Assembly: GCA_964522205.1 (NCBI GenBank)
Contig: CAZFTG010000004.1
Location: 8,820-72,819 of the forward strand
Length of the DNA stretch: 64,000 nt
Reading direction: 5' to 3'
DNA from: an uncultured Thermoproteales archaeon
GTDB lineage: Archaea > Thermoproteota > Thermoprotei > Thermofilales > B20-G17
Shown here: positions 1-8,639 of the stretch, one piece after another
Numbering within the stretch: the first letter of the stretch is position 1
How the letters are laid out: every line of letters starts with the position of its first letter
Notes under the pieces: model-generated
What the model was told of the DNA's origin: nothing
The model's database searches: none
Seen by the model: the letters and a program-made list of their open reading frames with translations, nothing else
Translations under genes and position numbers: made by a program

Positions 1-4
1 TTTC

Positions 5-409
5 ATGAGCATGCTCAGAGTAATACTCGATACGAACTTTCTAGTACTACCATTAGAGGAGAGAATAGATGTACTAGATCAGATAAGGGACCTACTTGGA
101 GCTAGATCTATTCCAATCCTACTCCTCGAATCTCTCGAGGAAGCACTTAATAAATGCGTCAGCTCCTCACCCAGTGAGAGAAGACTCTTTAAATCTGCAC
201 TAAATCTACTAGATAATATTGCTATAGAGAGCTCAGGGATTATACAGGGTAAAGTTGACGAGAGGATTTTACAGTTCTCCATTAGGCGTAAAGCAATAGT
301 GGCTACTAATGATAAAGAGCTCAGAAAGAGACTTAGATCCTTAGGGATTACAGTACTGTACTTTAGAGAAGGAAAGAGGAGAATAGAGATAGAGGGAGCT
401 GTTTTATAA
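5..409 (+). CDS. PIN-domain protein, Fcf1/Utp24-like putative rRNA-processing endonuclease
   Basis: 134-aa ORF with the N-terminal VILDTNFL acidic PIN motif. It lies directly upstream of spt4, the usual archaeal neighbourhood for this family. Confidence 0.6.
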   Translation: MSMLRVILDTNFLVLPLEERIDVLDQIRDLLGARSIPILLLESLEEALNKCVSSSPSERRLFKSALNLLDNIAIESSGIIQGKVDERILQFSIRRKAIVATNDKELRKRLRSLGITVLYFREGKRRIEIEGAVL

Positions 410-543
410 GTGGTTAAATAGCTAGGATAAGAGGTAGGGATAGAGGAAAATAGAGTACACGTCTACATATAAAAAGAGAAATAGGGATCAGAGTTCTAAA
501 ATGTTCTCTACCTTTATTAGTCACCTAGGAGATAAGTCACTAG

Positions 544-756
544 GTGGAATACTTGAGAAGACCATTAGCACCTTTCAAGGCCTGTAGAAACTGTAGAAGA
601 CTGGTTCCAACAGATTCTGAAAAGTGTCCACACTGTGGTTCAACAGATCTAAGCAGGGACTGGACCGGTATGGTACTGATAATATCTAAAGACTCAGAAG
701 TTGCTAAGAAGTTAAATATAGAAGAAGAGGGTAGATATGCATTAAAAATACACTAA
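544..756 (+). CDS. spt4: Transcription elongation factor Spt4 (RpoE'')
   Basis: 70 aa with the zinc ribbon CRNC...CPHCGS, followed by the DWTGMVLI motif typical of Spt4. Confidence 0.8.
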   Translation: MEYLRRPLAPFKACRNCRRLVPTDSEKCPHCGSTDLSRDWTGMVLIISKDSEVAKKLNIEEEGRYALKIH

Positions 757-766
757 AACATTCAAT

Positions 767-1321
767 ATGAGGTTAATACTCAAGCTTAAAGAGGAGAATA
801 AGCACTACTTTAAGAGACCCATAGGAATCCCTCTATTTAAGGAGAGTGGAAAAGCTATTGAAATAGTGAGGAAAATAATTGAAGATTTTAAACCCCCTAT
901 TATTGCTACTATTGGTGATGTAGTATCTTATAACGCACTCCTAAATAGGCTAAATCCCTCACCCGTGATCTTTGACATGAAAGTTGAGAGAAAACGTGCA
1001 AAATTCGATGTAGGTGAGGAGCTCGTAAGGCGTGGTTATAAAATCCTAGAAGTACAAAATCCTCCATCTACTATAACACTCTCATCTTATAGGGCTATTG
1101 AGTATGCTATTGATGAGAGTCTACATGGGTCTAAAGTTGGGATTCGTGTAGTAGGCGAGGACGATCTGTTAACAATTCCAGTAGTCCTCCTAGCTCCCCT
1201 ACGTTCTATCATACTCTACGGTCAACCTAAAGAGGCACTCATCACTGTATTAACCACTAAATATCTCAGAGATTCGCTTAGACGTATATTATTAAAACTA
1301 GGGGCGAATATAGAGTGCTAA
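767..1321 (+). CDS. DUF359 family protein, archaeal GTP-dependent dephospho-CoA kinase type
   Basis: 184 aa. The ATIGDVVS...FDMKVERK region resembles the DUF359/COG1909 family, and its position next to spt4 is conserved. Confidence 0.6.
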   Translation: MRLILKLKEENKHYFKRPIGIPLFKESGKAIEIVRKIIEDFKPPIIATIGDVVSYNALLNRLNPSPVIFDMKVERKRAKFDVGEELVRRGYKILEVQNPPSTITLSSYRAIEYAIDESLHGSKVGIRVVGEDDLLTIPVVLLAPLRSIILYGQPKEALITVLTTKYLRDSLRRILLKLGANIEC

Positions 1322-1405
1322 ACAAGAGTAGAAGTATATGGTTATTCTATCTCATTCGATCGATGAAGAGTAAGTATACCTTGAGCACTTAGGAATCGTA
1401 AATAA

Positions 1406-1414
1406 TTTTATATA
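1406..1414 (+). promoter_or_regulatory. TATA box for rps19e (near-leaderless)
   Basis: TTTTATATA lies about 25-40 nt upstream of the in-frame GTG codons at 1435, 1447 and 1450. Confidence 0.4.
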
Positions 1415-1434
1415 GGATCGAGTAGTAGAGGCGG

Positions 1435-1905
1435 GTGGATACTGAAGTGGTGACGGTGTACGATGTACCACCTGATAGACTAATAAAAGCATTAGCTGTG
1501 TACCTAAAGGAAAGAGTAGGAGAAGTGAAACCTCCGGAATGGGCTTTCTACGCAAAGACTGGGGCACATGCTGAGAGAATACCAGAAGACCCTGACTGGT
1601 GGTATGTAAGAGCCGCGTCGATAATGCGAAAGCTCTATATCCATGGACCTGTTGGTATCGAGCGCTTGAGAACAGCATATGGAGGAAGAGCAGATCTGGG
1701 TATGAAGAGAAAACACTTTAAAAAAGCCGGTGGTTCAAGTATAAGAAAGATACTACAACAGCTTGAATCTGCTGGACTTGTTATTAAAGTGAATAGGAAA
1801 GGTAGAACTCTAACCCCACTTGGAAGATCGCTTATGGACAGGGTAGCTACTAAGGTATTTAGAGAACTTGTTAAAGAAAGACCAGAGCTTAAGAAATATC
1901 TATGA
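1435..1905 (+). CDS. rps19e: Ribosomal protein S19e (eS19)
   Basis: [19 protein letters not shown]...[36 protein letters not shown] is a clear S19e sequence. The real start may be GTG 1447 or 1450. Confidence 0.9.
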   Translation: MDTEVVTVYDVPPDRLIKALAVYLKERVGEVKPPEWAFYAKTGAHAERIPEDPDWWYVRAASIMRKLYIHGPVGIERLRTAYGGRADLGMKRKHFKKAGGSSIRKILQQLESAGLVIKVNRKGRTLTPLGRSLMDRVATKVFRELVKERPELKKYL

Positions 1906-2031
1906 CTGGGAAGAAGATCTTTTCAGACATCGATCCTTCCTAAGAATCGAATATCTCTAATAAAAATAAAGAGAATGCTTAAAAGTAACTGGGGAATAGA
2001 GGTCTTAGTGGAGTTGGAGGATGGAGATCCT

Positions 2032-2382
2032 ATGGGGTATGACTATAGTGACGAGGAGTTAGAAGAGATAAAGAGAAGAAAGATGCTAGAATACCAGAAA
2101 ATGCTAGAAGCTAAGAGACTAGAAGAGGAGAGAAAGAGAGCTGAGCTTGAGAGAGCACAAATACTCAGAGCCTTACTCACTCCAGAAGCTAGAAGAAGAC
2201 TAGCGAACCTTAAATTAATACGACCAGAGCTAGTTGAAAATATAGAGGTTCAACTGATACAGCTAGTACAGTCAGGTAGACTAAAACCACCTATAACCGA
2301 TAAAGTCCTCAAGATGATATTAGCTGAGATTGATAGGAGGAGTCGACGAGAAATAAAGATCAAGTTCATGGGATTGAAGTGA
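2032..2382 (+). CDS. PDCD5/TFAR19-like DNA-binding protein
   Basis: [37 protein letters not shown] matches the family core. The track ORF starts at 1975, but ATG 2032 follows a GGAGG at 2016-2020. Confidence 0.75.
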   Translation: MGYDYSDEELEEIKRRKMLEYQKMLEAKRLEEERKRAELERAQILRALLTPEARRRLANLKLIRPELVENIEVQLIQLVQSGRLKPPITDKVLKMILAEIDRRSRREIKIKFMGLK

Positions 2383-2386
2383 TAAC

Positions 2387-2542
2387 ATGGCTAGATCAAA
2401 ACCCTTAGGTAAAAAACTAAGACTGGCAGCTGCATTAAAATCGAACAAAGCAGTACCCCTATGGGTCGTAATGAAGACACTAGGAAGAGTTAGAAGAACT
2501 CCCAGGAGGAGACACTGGAGAAGAAGTAGATTAAAACTATGA
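2387..2542 (+). CDS. rpl39e: Ribosomal protein L39e (eL39)
   Basis: Hand-translated 51-aa ORF absent from the track: [51 protein letters not shown]. Confidence 0.9.
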   Translation: MARSKPLGKKLRLAAALKSNKAVPLWVVMKTLGRVRRTPRRRHWRRSRLKL

Positions 2543-2553
2543 GGTGATGATCT

Positions 2554-2823
2554 CTGAGTAGTGAAGAAATTGTTGTAACTATCCCTCTGAAAAGAGCCTA
2601 TTACGTACCAAGACCTAAACGAGCTAATAAAGCTATTAGATTGATCAGAGAGTATGTATCTAGACACCTACGCGTGAGTAATGTAAAAATAAGTAATAGA
2701 GTAAATGAAGAGATATGGAAGGGAAATAGAGAAAGACCCCCTAGGAGAATTAAAGTGAAGATAGTAAGAGTAGATGAAGACACAGCCGAAGTCCTTCTTC
2801 CCGAAGAAGAGGTAGAGGAATAG
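2554..2823 (+). CDS. rpl31e: Ribosomal protein L31e (eL31); 5' end unresolved
   Basis: The frame encodes ..EEIVVTIPLKRAYYVPRPKRANKAIRLIREYVSRH...PPRRIKVKIV. The track starts only at TTG 2641, but the conserved N-terminus continues back to the in-frame TGA at 2548-2550. See findings. Confidence 0.8.
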   Translation: MSSEEIVVTIPLKRAYYVPRPKRANKAIRLIREYVSRHLRVSNVKISNRVNEEIWKGNRERPPRRIKVKIVRVDEDTAEVLLPEEEVEE

Positions 2824-3522
2824 ATGTCGAAAACTAGATCAGTCGTAATAGAGAAGCTATCAATATACGGTACTAGCTTCATAGGAACTTTCGTATATAC
2901 ATCGGAGTACTTTACCTTAGCTCCAGATGATTTACCTCCACGATCCTATGAGATCATGGAAGAAGCTCTTAGAGTACCTGTGATCAAGTGTAGTATCTAT
3001 AGATCATGCCTCATAGGCGTATTTGCTGTAGGTAACTCTAATGGTCTAATATTACCACCTTATACACTAGATGAGGAGATTGAGTTCCTTAAGAAGAGTA
3101 TACTAGAGAAAACTGGTAGAGATATAATTGTTGAAAGATTGAACAGTCAGAATACTGCAGTAGGTAATTTAATTTTAGCTAATGATAAGGCTGCTATCGT
3201 GAGCAGAGAGCTTAAGGATTGTAGAAAGGAAATAGAGGACATACTAGATGTAGAGATTGAGATAAGAGATGTAGCTGGTAATAGTCTAGTAGGCGCTATA
3301 GCCATAGCTACTAATAGAGGATTGCTCGTACATCCCCTAGCTAGTGATGAAGAAGTTGAGGAGTTGAGTAAGCTTATGGGGGTTCAAGCAGATGTTGGAA
3401 CAGTAAATAAAGGTAGCCCCTATCTTAGAGCAGGTATGGTCGCAAACAGCAAAGGAGCTGTAGTTGGTACTGAGACCACAGGACCCGAACTTATGAAGAT
3501 ACAACAAATCTTATTCTCATAA
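2824..3522 (+). CDS. eif6: Translation initiation factor 6 (aIF6)
   Basis: 232 aa with five-fold pseudo-repeats (GTSFIGTF, CLIGVFAVGNSNG, NTAVGNLILAND, SLVGAIAIATNRG). It occupies the conserved L39e-L31e-aIF6-LX order. Confidence 0.9.
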   Translation: MSKTRSVVIEKLSIYGTSFIGTFVYTSEYFTLAPDDLPPRSYEIMEEALRVPVIKCSIYRSCLIGVFAVGNSNGLILPPYTLDEEIEFLKKSILEKTGRDIIVERLNSQNTAVGNLILANDKAAIVSRELKDCRKEIEDILDVEIEIRDVAGNSLVGAIAIATNRGLLVHPLASDEEVEELSKLMGVQADVGTVNKGSPYLRAGMVANSKGAVVGTETTGPELMKIQQILFS

Positions 3523-3582
3523 CTCTGGGTATAAGTCTCTTCTACCGCACAGAGTTAACGATATAAACTACTACTTTTTCGA

Positions 3583-3918
3583 ATGATAGGAGAGACAATG
3601 GCTCAGTCAACTTCAGGGAAGCGCAAGGATATGGATGAGGTAAGAGTGAGGGTATTTAAAATAGAAGGGGTCATGAGACTTAAGCACGGGTGGCAGAAGT
3701 TCAGCATAGAGAAGAGAGGAATACGTAAAGACGAAGTTGTAGAAAGAGTACTCTCAGAACTGGGATCTAGACATAAGCTACCTAGATTTCATATAAAGAT
3801 AACAGCAATACACGAGATCAAAGAAGATGAGATTACAGATCCTTATGTAGCTAAAATAGGTACGATGGAGAAGGTCATAGTATATAAAACGCGGAAAAGG
3901 AAGTATATGAGCCTTTAA
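3583..3918 (+). CDS. rplX: Ribosomal protein LX (L18Ae/L20A family)
   Basis: VFKIEGVMR...VERVLSELGSRHKLPRFHIKI resembles crenarchaeal LX. The start is probably ATG 3598. Confidence 0.75.
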   Translation: MIGETMAQSTSGKRKDMDEVRVRVFKIEGVMRLKHGWQKFSIEKRGIRKDEVVERVLSELGSRHKLPRFHIKITAIHEIKEDEITDPYVAKIGTMEKVIVYKTRKRKYMSL

Positions 3919-3980
3919 TCGAAGAGACAGTTTAAGGGCATACTTATTTAAAGTTTGATATAAATAACTGGGGAAGAGAT

Positions 3981-4394
3981 ATGTCTGAGAGGGAAGTAGC
4001 AAAGTTGATAGAGGCCTATGCCTCCCTAGAGGAATATGCTAGATTACTTTCTGAGAGAGTCCAGCTACTCTCTAGAACTAGTAATGAACTTGCAATAGCC
4101 TTAGAGACACTAAATGGTGTAAAGGATCTCAAAAAAGATATTAGCTTACTCCTCCCATTAGGAGGTCAAGTTTATGGAAAATTTAAAATAATAGACCGTG
4201 AACATGTTCTAGTAAATGTAGGAGCTAATGTCTTCATGGAGAAAAGTATAGATGGTGCAATTAAATATCTGAGTGAACATAAGAATAGTATAGACATGGA
4301 GCTTAATAGAAGTAGAGGAGAACTTAATAGAGTGCTTGCGAGATTACAAGAAATTAGAAACAGGCTAAGTACTCAACTTCGAAAAAGTAGGTGA
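3981..4394 (+). CDS. pfdA: Prefoldin alpha subunit
   Basis: 137 aa with two coiled-coil arms around a central beta hairpin (LLPLGGQVYGKFKI...VLVNVGANVFMEKS). It follows rplX as in other archaea. Confidence 0.8.
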   Translation: MSEREVAKLIEAYASLEEYARLLSERVQLLSRTSNELAIALETLNGVKDLKKDISLLLPLGGQVYGKFKIIDREHVLVNVGANVFMEKSIDGAIKYLSEHKNSIDMELNRSRGELNRVLARLQEIRNRLSTQLRKSR

Positions 4395-4400
4395 AGTTGA

Positions 4401-5309
4401 TTGTTCAGTAGACTAAAAAATGCTTTTTCCTCCATAACTGAAATATTAGCAACTACCAGTCTTACTGAAAAGGAAATAGACAAACACTACTTTGACCTTG
4501 TCACTCCCTTATTAAATAGTGATGTTGCTCTTCCTGTTGCTGATCATATAATAGAAGAACTCAAGTCTAAGAGTGGGCAGGTTAGAGTTCCTAGATTCGG
4601 TAATAGACTGAAAGTCATTAAAAGAATACTGAGAGACACGATCATTGAGATAATAGAAAGAGCTGGCTACATTGATGTATTTGAATTTGCCAGTAAAAAG
4701 AAAAACCTTGGAGAACCTTTAGTTATACTATTTGTTGGACCTAATGGACATGGAAAGACTACTACAATAGCTAAACTAGCTTATGCATTTAGAAAACGAG
4801 GATATAGTATAGTATTAGCCGCATCAGATACCTACAGAGCTGGTGCCATAGAGCAGTTGAGAGAACATGCAAGAAGAATAGGTGTTAAAGTTATAGAGCA
4901 TAGATATGGTGCCGATCCTGCTGCTGTAGCATATGATGCGGTTGCATATGCTAGAAAGAGGAGGATAAATGTAGTGCTCATAGATACTGCAGGAAGAATG
5001 CAAACTGATAAGGATCTAATGGAGGAGATGAGGAAAATCGCGAGGGTAGTAAAGCCAGACTTGATAATATTCGTAGGTGATGCTCTTACGGGAAATGATG
5101 CTTTAGAAGAAGCTCAAAAGTTCCATGAAGCAGTAGGTATAAGCTGTAGCATCTTGACTAAAGCTGATGCTGATGCAAAGGGTGGGGCTGCACTTTCGAT
5201 AATATATGCGACTAAAAGACCAATAATCTTCCTAGGTACTGGACAGAATTACGAGGATCTCATGCCCTTCTCCGCTGAGTGGTTCCTCGAAAAATTAGGA
5301 CTAGAGTAG
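4401..5309 (+). CDS. ftsY: Signal recognition particle receptor FtsY
   Basis: SRP-GTPase motifs are present: GPNGHGKTTT, DTAGR, TKADADAKGG. Confidence 0.9.
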   Translation: MFSRLKNAFSSITEILATTSLTEKEIDKHYFDLVTPLLNSDVALPVADHIIEELKSKSGQVRVPRFGNRLKVIKRILRDTIIEIIERAGYIDVFEFASKKKNLGEPLVILFVGPNGHGKTTTIAKLAYAFRKRGYSIVLAASDTYRAGAIEQLREHARRIGVKVIEHRYGADPAAVAYDAVAYARKRRINVVLIDTAGRMQTDKDLMEEMRKIARVVKPDLIIFVGDALTGNDALEEAQKFHEAVGISCSILTKADADAKGGAALSIIYATKRPIIFLGTGQNYEDLMPFSAEWFLEKLGLE

Positions 5310-5315
5310 ATAAGC

Positions 5316-6278
5316 ATGAGACACCTACTAAGTCTAGCTGAGATCAATCCCAAGGAGTTCCAATGGTTATTGAAAGTATCCATGAAATTTAAGTACCCTC
5401 GTAAATATCCTAGTCTCTCCGAAGTTATTGAAGAAAGTGTTAGAGAATTGAAGGGTAAGCATATAGCATTAATCTTTGAAAAACCCTCTACAAGAACTAG
5501 AGTATCACTCGAAGTAGCAATACGTGAATTACATGCTAATCCAATCTATATGAATTGGAGAGATCTTCAACTTGGCAGGGGAGAGACCATCAGAGACACT
5601 GTACTCGTACTAAGCAGGTACGTTGACTGCATATTTGCAAGAGTGAAATCTCACGAGACTCTCATAGAGATGAGTGAGTACTCGAGTATTCCAATAGTAA
5701 ATGCTCTCAGTGACAGATACCACCCATTACAGGCAATAGCGGATATGATGACAATATTAGAGAAAAAGGGAAGACTAAAAGGAATTAATATTGCCTTTAT
5801 AGGTGATGGAAGTTCAAATGTAGCGCATTCTTTAATCCTAGCATCCTCTCTCGTAGGAGCTAATATAAATATAGCCTGTCCTAAACAGTATAGCCCTCTG
5901 CCCAAAGTTGTAAGAGTGGCTAAAAGAGCCACAAGGATTACGGGGTCTAAGGTGAAAATTTTGGAAGATCCATTCGAAGCAGTCAAGAATGCAGATGTGG
6001 TTTATACTGATGTATTCGTGAGCATGGGATTTGAACACGAAAGAGAGGAAAGGTTAAGGACATTTCTTCCTAGATATAGAGTCACAAAAGAGCTCCTAGA
6101 ACATGCCCATGAAGATGTGATATTTATGCACTGTCTTCCTGCGAGAAGAGGGGAGGAAGTTGTAGAGGAGGTCATAGACGATCCTGAGGTTTCTGTGATA
6201 TTTGATCAAGCAGAGAATAGATTATATACGGCTAAAGCCGTTATAATCTTTGTAATGGGTGAGTATAAGTGGGTATAA
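5316..6278 (+). CDS. argF: Ornithine carbamoyltransferase
   Basis: STRTR, HPLQ, DVFVSMG and the OTCase-type HCLPA motif are present (the ATCase equivalent would be HPLP). Confidence 0.8.
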   Translation: MRHLLSLAEINPKEFQWLLKVSMKFKYPRKYPSLSEVIEESVRELKGKHIALIFEKPSTRTRVSLEVAIRELHANPIYMNWRDLQLGRGETIRDTVLVLSRYVDCIFARVKSHETLIEMSEYSSIPIVNALSDRYHPLQAIADMMTILEKKGRLKGINIAFIGDGSSNVAHSLILASSLVGANINIACPKQYSPLPKVVRVAKRATRITGSKVKILEDPFEAVKNADVVYTDVFVSMGFEHEREERLRTFLPRYRVTKELLEHAHEDVIFMHCLPARRGEEVVEEVIDDPEVSVIFDQAENRLYTAKAVIIFVMGEYKWV

Positions 6279-6535
6279 GGTCATTTATGAAATCGGTGAT
6301 GAGAATACTTAAAGTTTCAAGAAAACCTTCTAAGGCTACTTTTATGAACAGTTTAAAGATCACTCTACTAGGTCTACTGATCTTAGGATCTGTAGGTTTT
6401 GCTTTTCAAATCACTGCCATGGTCTTTTCCTTCGTAAGAATAGTCATACCTAAGATCGTAATAATGTATGCACTAGTGATAATAGCAGTAATAGTACTAG
6501 CAATAGTAGCGTATATGAGGGCTAGGAGTAGGTAG
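6269..6535 (+). CDS. secE: Preprotein translocase SecE/Sec61-gamma with an extra C-terminal TM segment
   Basis: It has an amphipathic helix plus TM (MRILKVSRKPSKATFMNSLKITLLGLLILGSVGF), as in archaeal SecE, and lies upstream of spt5. A second hydrophobic helix, IVIMYALVIIAVIVLAIVAYM, follows. Confidence 0.6.
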   Translation: MGIRSFMKSVMRILKVSRKPSKATFMNSLKITLLGLLILGSVGFAFQITAMVFSFVRIVIPKIVIMYALVIIAVIVLAIVAYMRARSR

Positions 6536-6805
6536 TAATTTCCTCTTTAGTAGTTTTAAGATGCAGAGATTTGAGTTCAGGAGATTAAATAAAAGATGGA
6601 TCAAGAGTTGTGGTTATTAACGTATCATTTATCCATACTATGGTCTTCTCGATGGACTATTGATGAATCTTAAAGGATCACCTTATGGCATTTTACATGT
6701 TTGTAAAGAAATTAAAACGTAGATGTTTAATCCCACCCTGCTGGAAAATGTAGCTCAGAGTTAAGGTTTTTATTTAGAAGCCTATCTTTAGAATAAGGTG
6801 CTCAC

Positions 6806-7252
6806 GTGAGCCATATTTACGCTGTAAGAGTTACGGCTGGACAGGAGTATAATGTAGCCTTAATAATGGAAACCAGAGCTAAAGCTAATAAACTACCATT
6901 GAAATCGATATTGGTAGTGGATGGAATCAAAGGCTTCATATTCGTAGAAGCACCATCCTCAGTGTATGTTGATAATACCATAGCTGGCATAAGATTTGTA
7001 AAGGGTAGAGTTGGAGGTATACTTAAAATAGAAGAACTAGAAAATTTCATTGCACCAAAGCCCATAATCGAAGAGGTAGGCGTAAATGATATAGTAGAAA
7101 TTATAGGAGGACCATTTAGAGGACTAAGAGGTAAAGTTGTTAGTGTTGATAGATCGAGAAAAGAAGTAACAATTGAACTCTTTGAGGCCGCATACCCCTT
7201 ACCCACTACAGTCTCTGTAGACTATGTGAGAATTATTGAGAAGAGAAGATAG
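6806..7252 (+). CDS. spt5: Transcription elongation factor Spt5 (NusG)
   Basis: GTG start. It has an NGN domain (IYAVRVTAGQE) and a KOW motif (IVEIIGGPFRGLRGKVVSV). Confidence 0.85.
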   Translation: MSHIYAVRVTAGQEYNVALIMETRAKANKLPLKSILVVDGIKGFIFVEAPSSVYVDNTIAGIRFVKGRVGGILKIEELENFIAPKPIIEEVGVNDIVEIIGGPFRGLRGKVVSVDRSRKEVTIELFEAAYPLPTTVSVDYVRIIEKRR

Positions 7253-7277
7253 TATATTCGTTCTAGAGGTGCGGACG

Positions 7278-8558
7278 ATGAGAGTTGAACTAAAGGAGGG
7301 AGATAAATTAAAGGTAGTAGGTCCAGCTTCACTAAAGCTAATTGATGGTAATGTTGACATACTAGGAAGTAGTATGAGATTAAGAGAGAGTATTACCATA
7401 CCACTTTCAAGGATAGTAATACTAACTGCACTAACACGATCGATCCTAGAAGTGTCGCTGGGAGAAGAAGGTGAACTAGAGGTTATAGAGAAGGTGCCAA
7501 TACCATTTGATTGGAAAGAAAAAGCTGAGTATTTGCTTAGTATGGATAAACCATTATCCATACTAATATTGGGCGATGTTAACAGCGGTAAAAGCGTATT
7601 TGCAAATTACCTGGTCAATCTATCAATATCTAAGGGATTTAAGACTGGCCTTATCGATGAGGATCTAGGACAATCTGAAATTAGTGCACCTGCTACTATA
7701 GGACTTGCTCTCTATAAACGTCCTGTACCATCGCTATTTAAAGCTCATAAGAGAGAAGAGTACTTCATTGGATCTACAAATCCAGCTGATCTAATGGGTA
7801 AGGTGTTGGTAGGTGTCAATACATTATTCAATAGTGCTCTGAAGCATTCATCTGATATTATAATCATAAATACAGATGGTTGGATATCTGGCAAGGCTGT
7901 GGAATTTAAACAAAACTTAATCGAGATGATAAAACCTAATGTAATAGTAGCTATAGAGAGGGGACGAGAACTAGAGCCAATAATTAGACCCTTAGAAGGA
8001 CAGAGTTGGACCGAGATCGTCAGACTTTCGGCATTGCCAATAGTAAGGAATAGAGATCCAGAAGAGAGAAGAGTTTACAGGGAGGGAATGTATAGAAAAT
8101 ACATGCAAGGAGCTAGAATTAGGATTTTCGACCTCAAGAGAGTTAAGTTAGTTAATACTTACCTGGGCTCCTCTATACCATTACCCCCTTATGAAAGACG
8201 AAAAATAGAGAAAATACTAGGTCAAAGGATATACTGGAGTGGATGGTATAATAAAAGTTTAGTACTCTATTTGGATAAAGTACTAGTACAGAACGAGTTA
8301 GAGAGTTTAAAAAGTGCTCTCGGTGCAGAAGATGTAATCTGTATAAAACGGGGTCAAGAAAGAGGGATCATAGTGGGACTCTATGATTTTAACAATACCT
8401 ATCTGGGAATGGGGGTTATTAATGAAATAGACTTTGAAAGGAATAGCATCAAGATCAGCACTCCAGTGAATGAAAACCCTTCCCTAATAGTAGCAGGGCT
8501 TATTAGACTAAATAACGACTTTAGGGAGATAGGTAAAGTTAAATCTCCACCATTTTAA
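7278..8558 (+). CDS. Clp1/Grc3-family polynucleotide 5'-kinase
   Basis: The P-loop ILILGDVNSGKS and the overall Clp1 layout are present. ATG 7278 follows GAGGTG, whereas the track's TTG 7236 overlaps spt5. Confidence 0.65.
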   Translation: MRVELKEGDKLKVVGPASLKLIDGNVDILGSSMRLRESITIPLSRIVILTALTRSILEVSLGEEGELEVIEKVPIPFDWKEKAEYLLSMDKPLSILILGDVNSGKSVFANYLVNLSISKGFKTGLIDEDLGQSEISAPATIGLALYKRPVPSLFKAHKREEYFIGSTNPADLMGKVLVGVNTLFNSALKHSSDIIIINTDGWISGKAVEFKQNLIEMIKPNVIVAIERGRELEPIIRPLEGQSWTEIVRLSALPIVRNRDPEERRVYREGMYRKYMQGARIRIFDLKRVKLVNTYLGSSIPLPPYERRKIEKILGQRIYWSGWYNKSLVLYLDKVLVQNELESLKSALGAEDVICIKRGQERGIIVGLYDFNNTYLGMGVINEIDFERNSIKISTPVNENPSLIVAGLIRLNNDFREIGKVKSPPF

Positions 8559-8639
8559 CTATACTTTATTAGTATTTCACAACTTGAATTGAGCTACTAT
8601 TTACGAAACTAAATATGTTACTTATCCCTTAAATTAAAC

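Noticed and set aside
2545-2590. A GTGATGA ... CTGA pair (2545-2551 and 2587-2590) could look like a C/D box sRNA overlapping the rpl31e start.
   Set aside because: The C-to-D spacing is 35 nt rather than about 38 nt. I found no acceptable D'/C' boxes. GTGATGA is better explained as the SD (GAGGTGAT) plus ATG.
6655-6700. TTGATGA at about 6660 in the secE-spt5 spacer as a possible C box.
   Set aside because: No CTGA D box or D'/C' elements lie at appropriate spacing downstream. The first position deviates from RUGAUGA.
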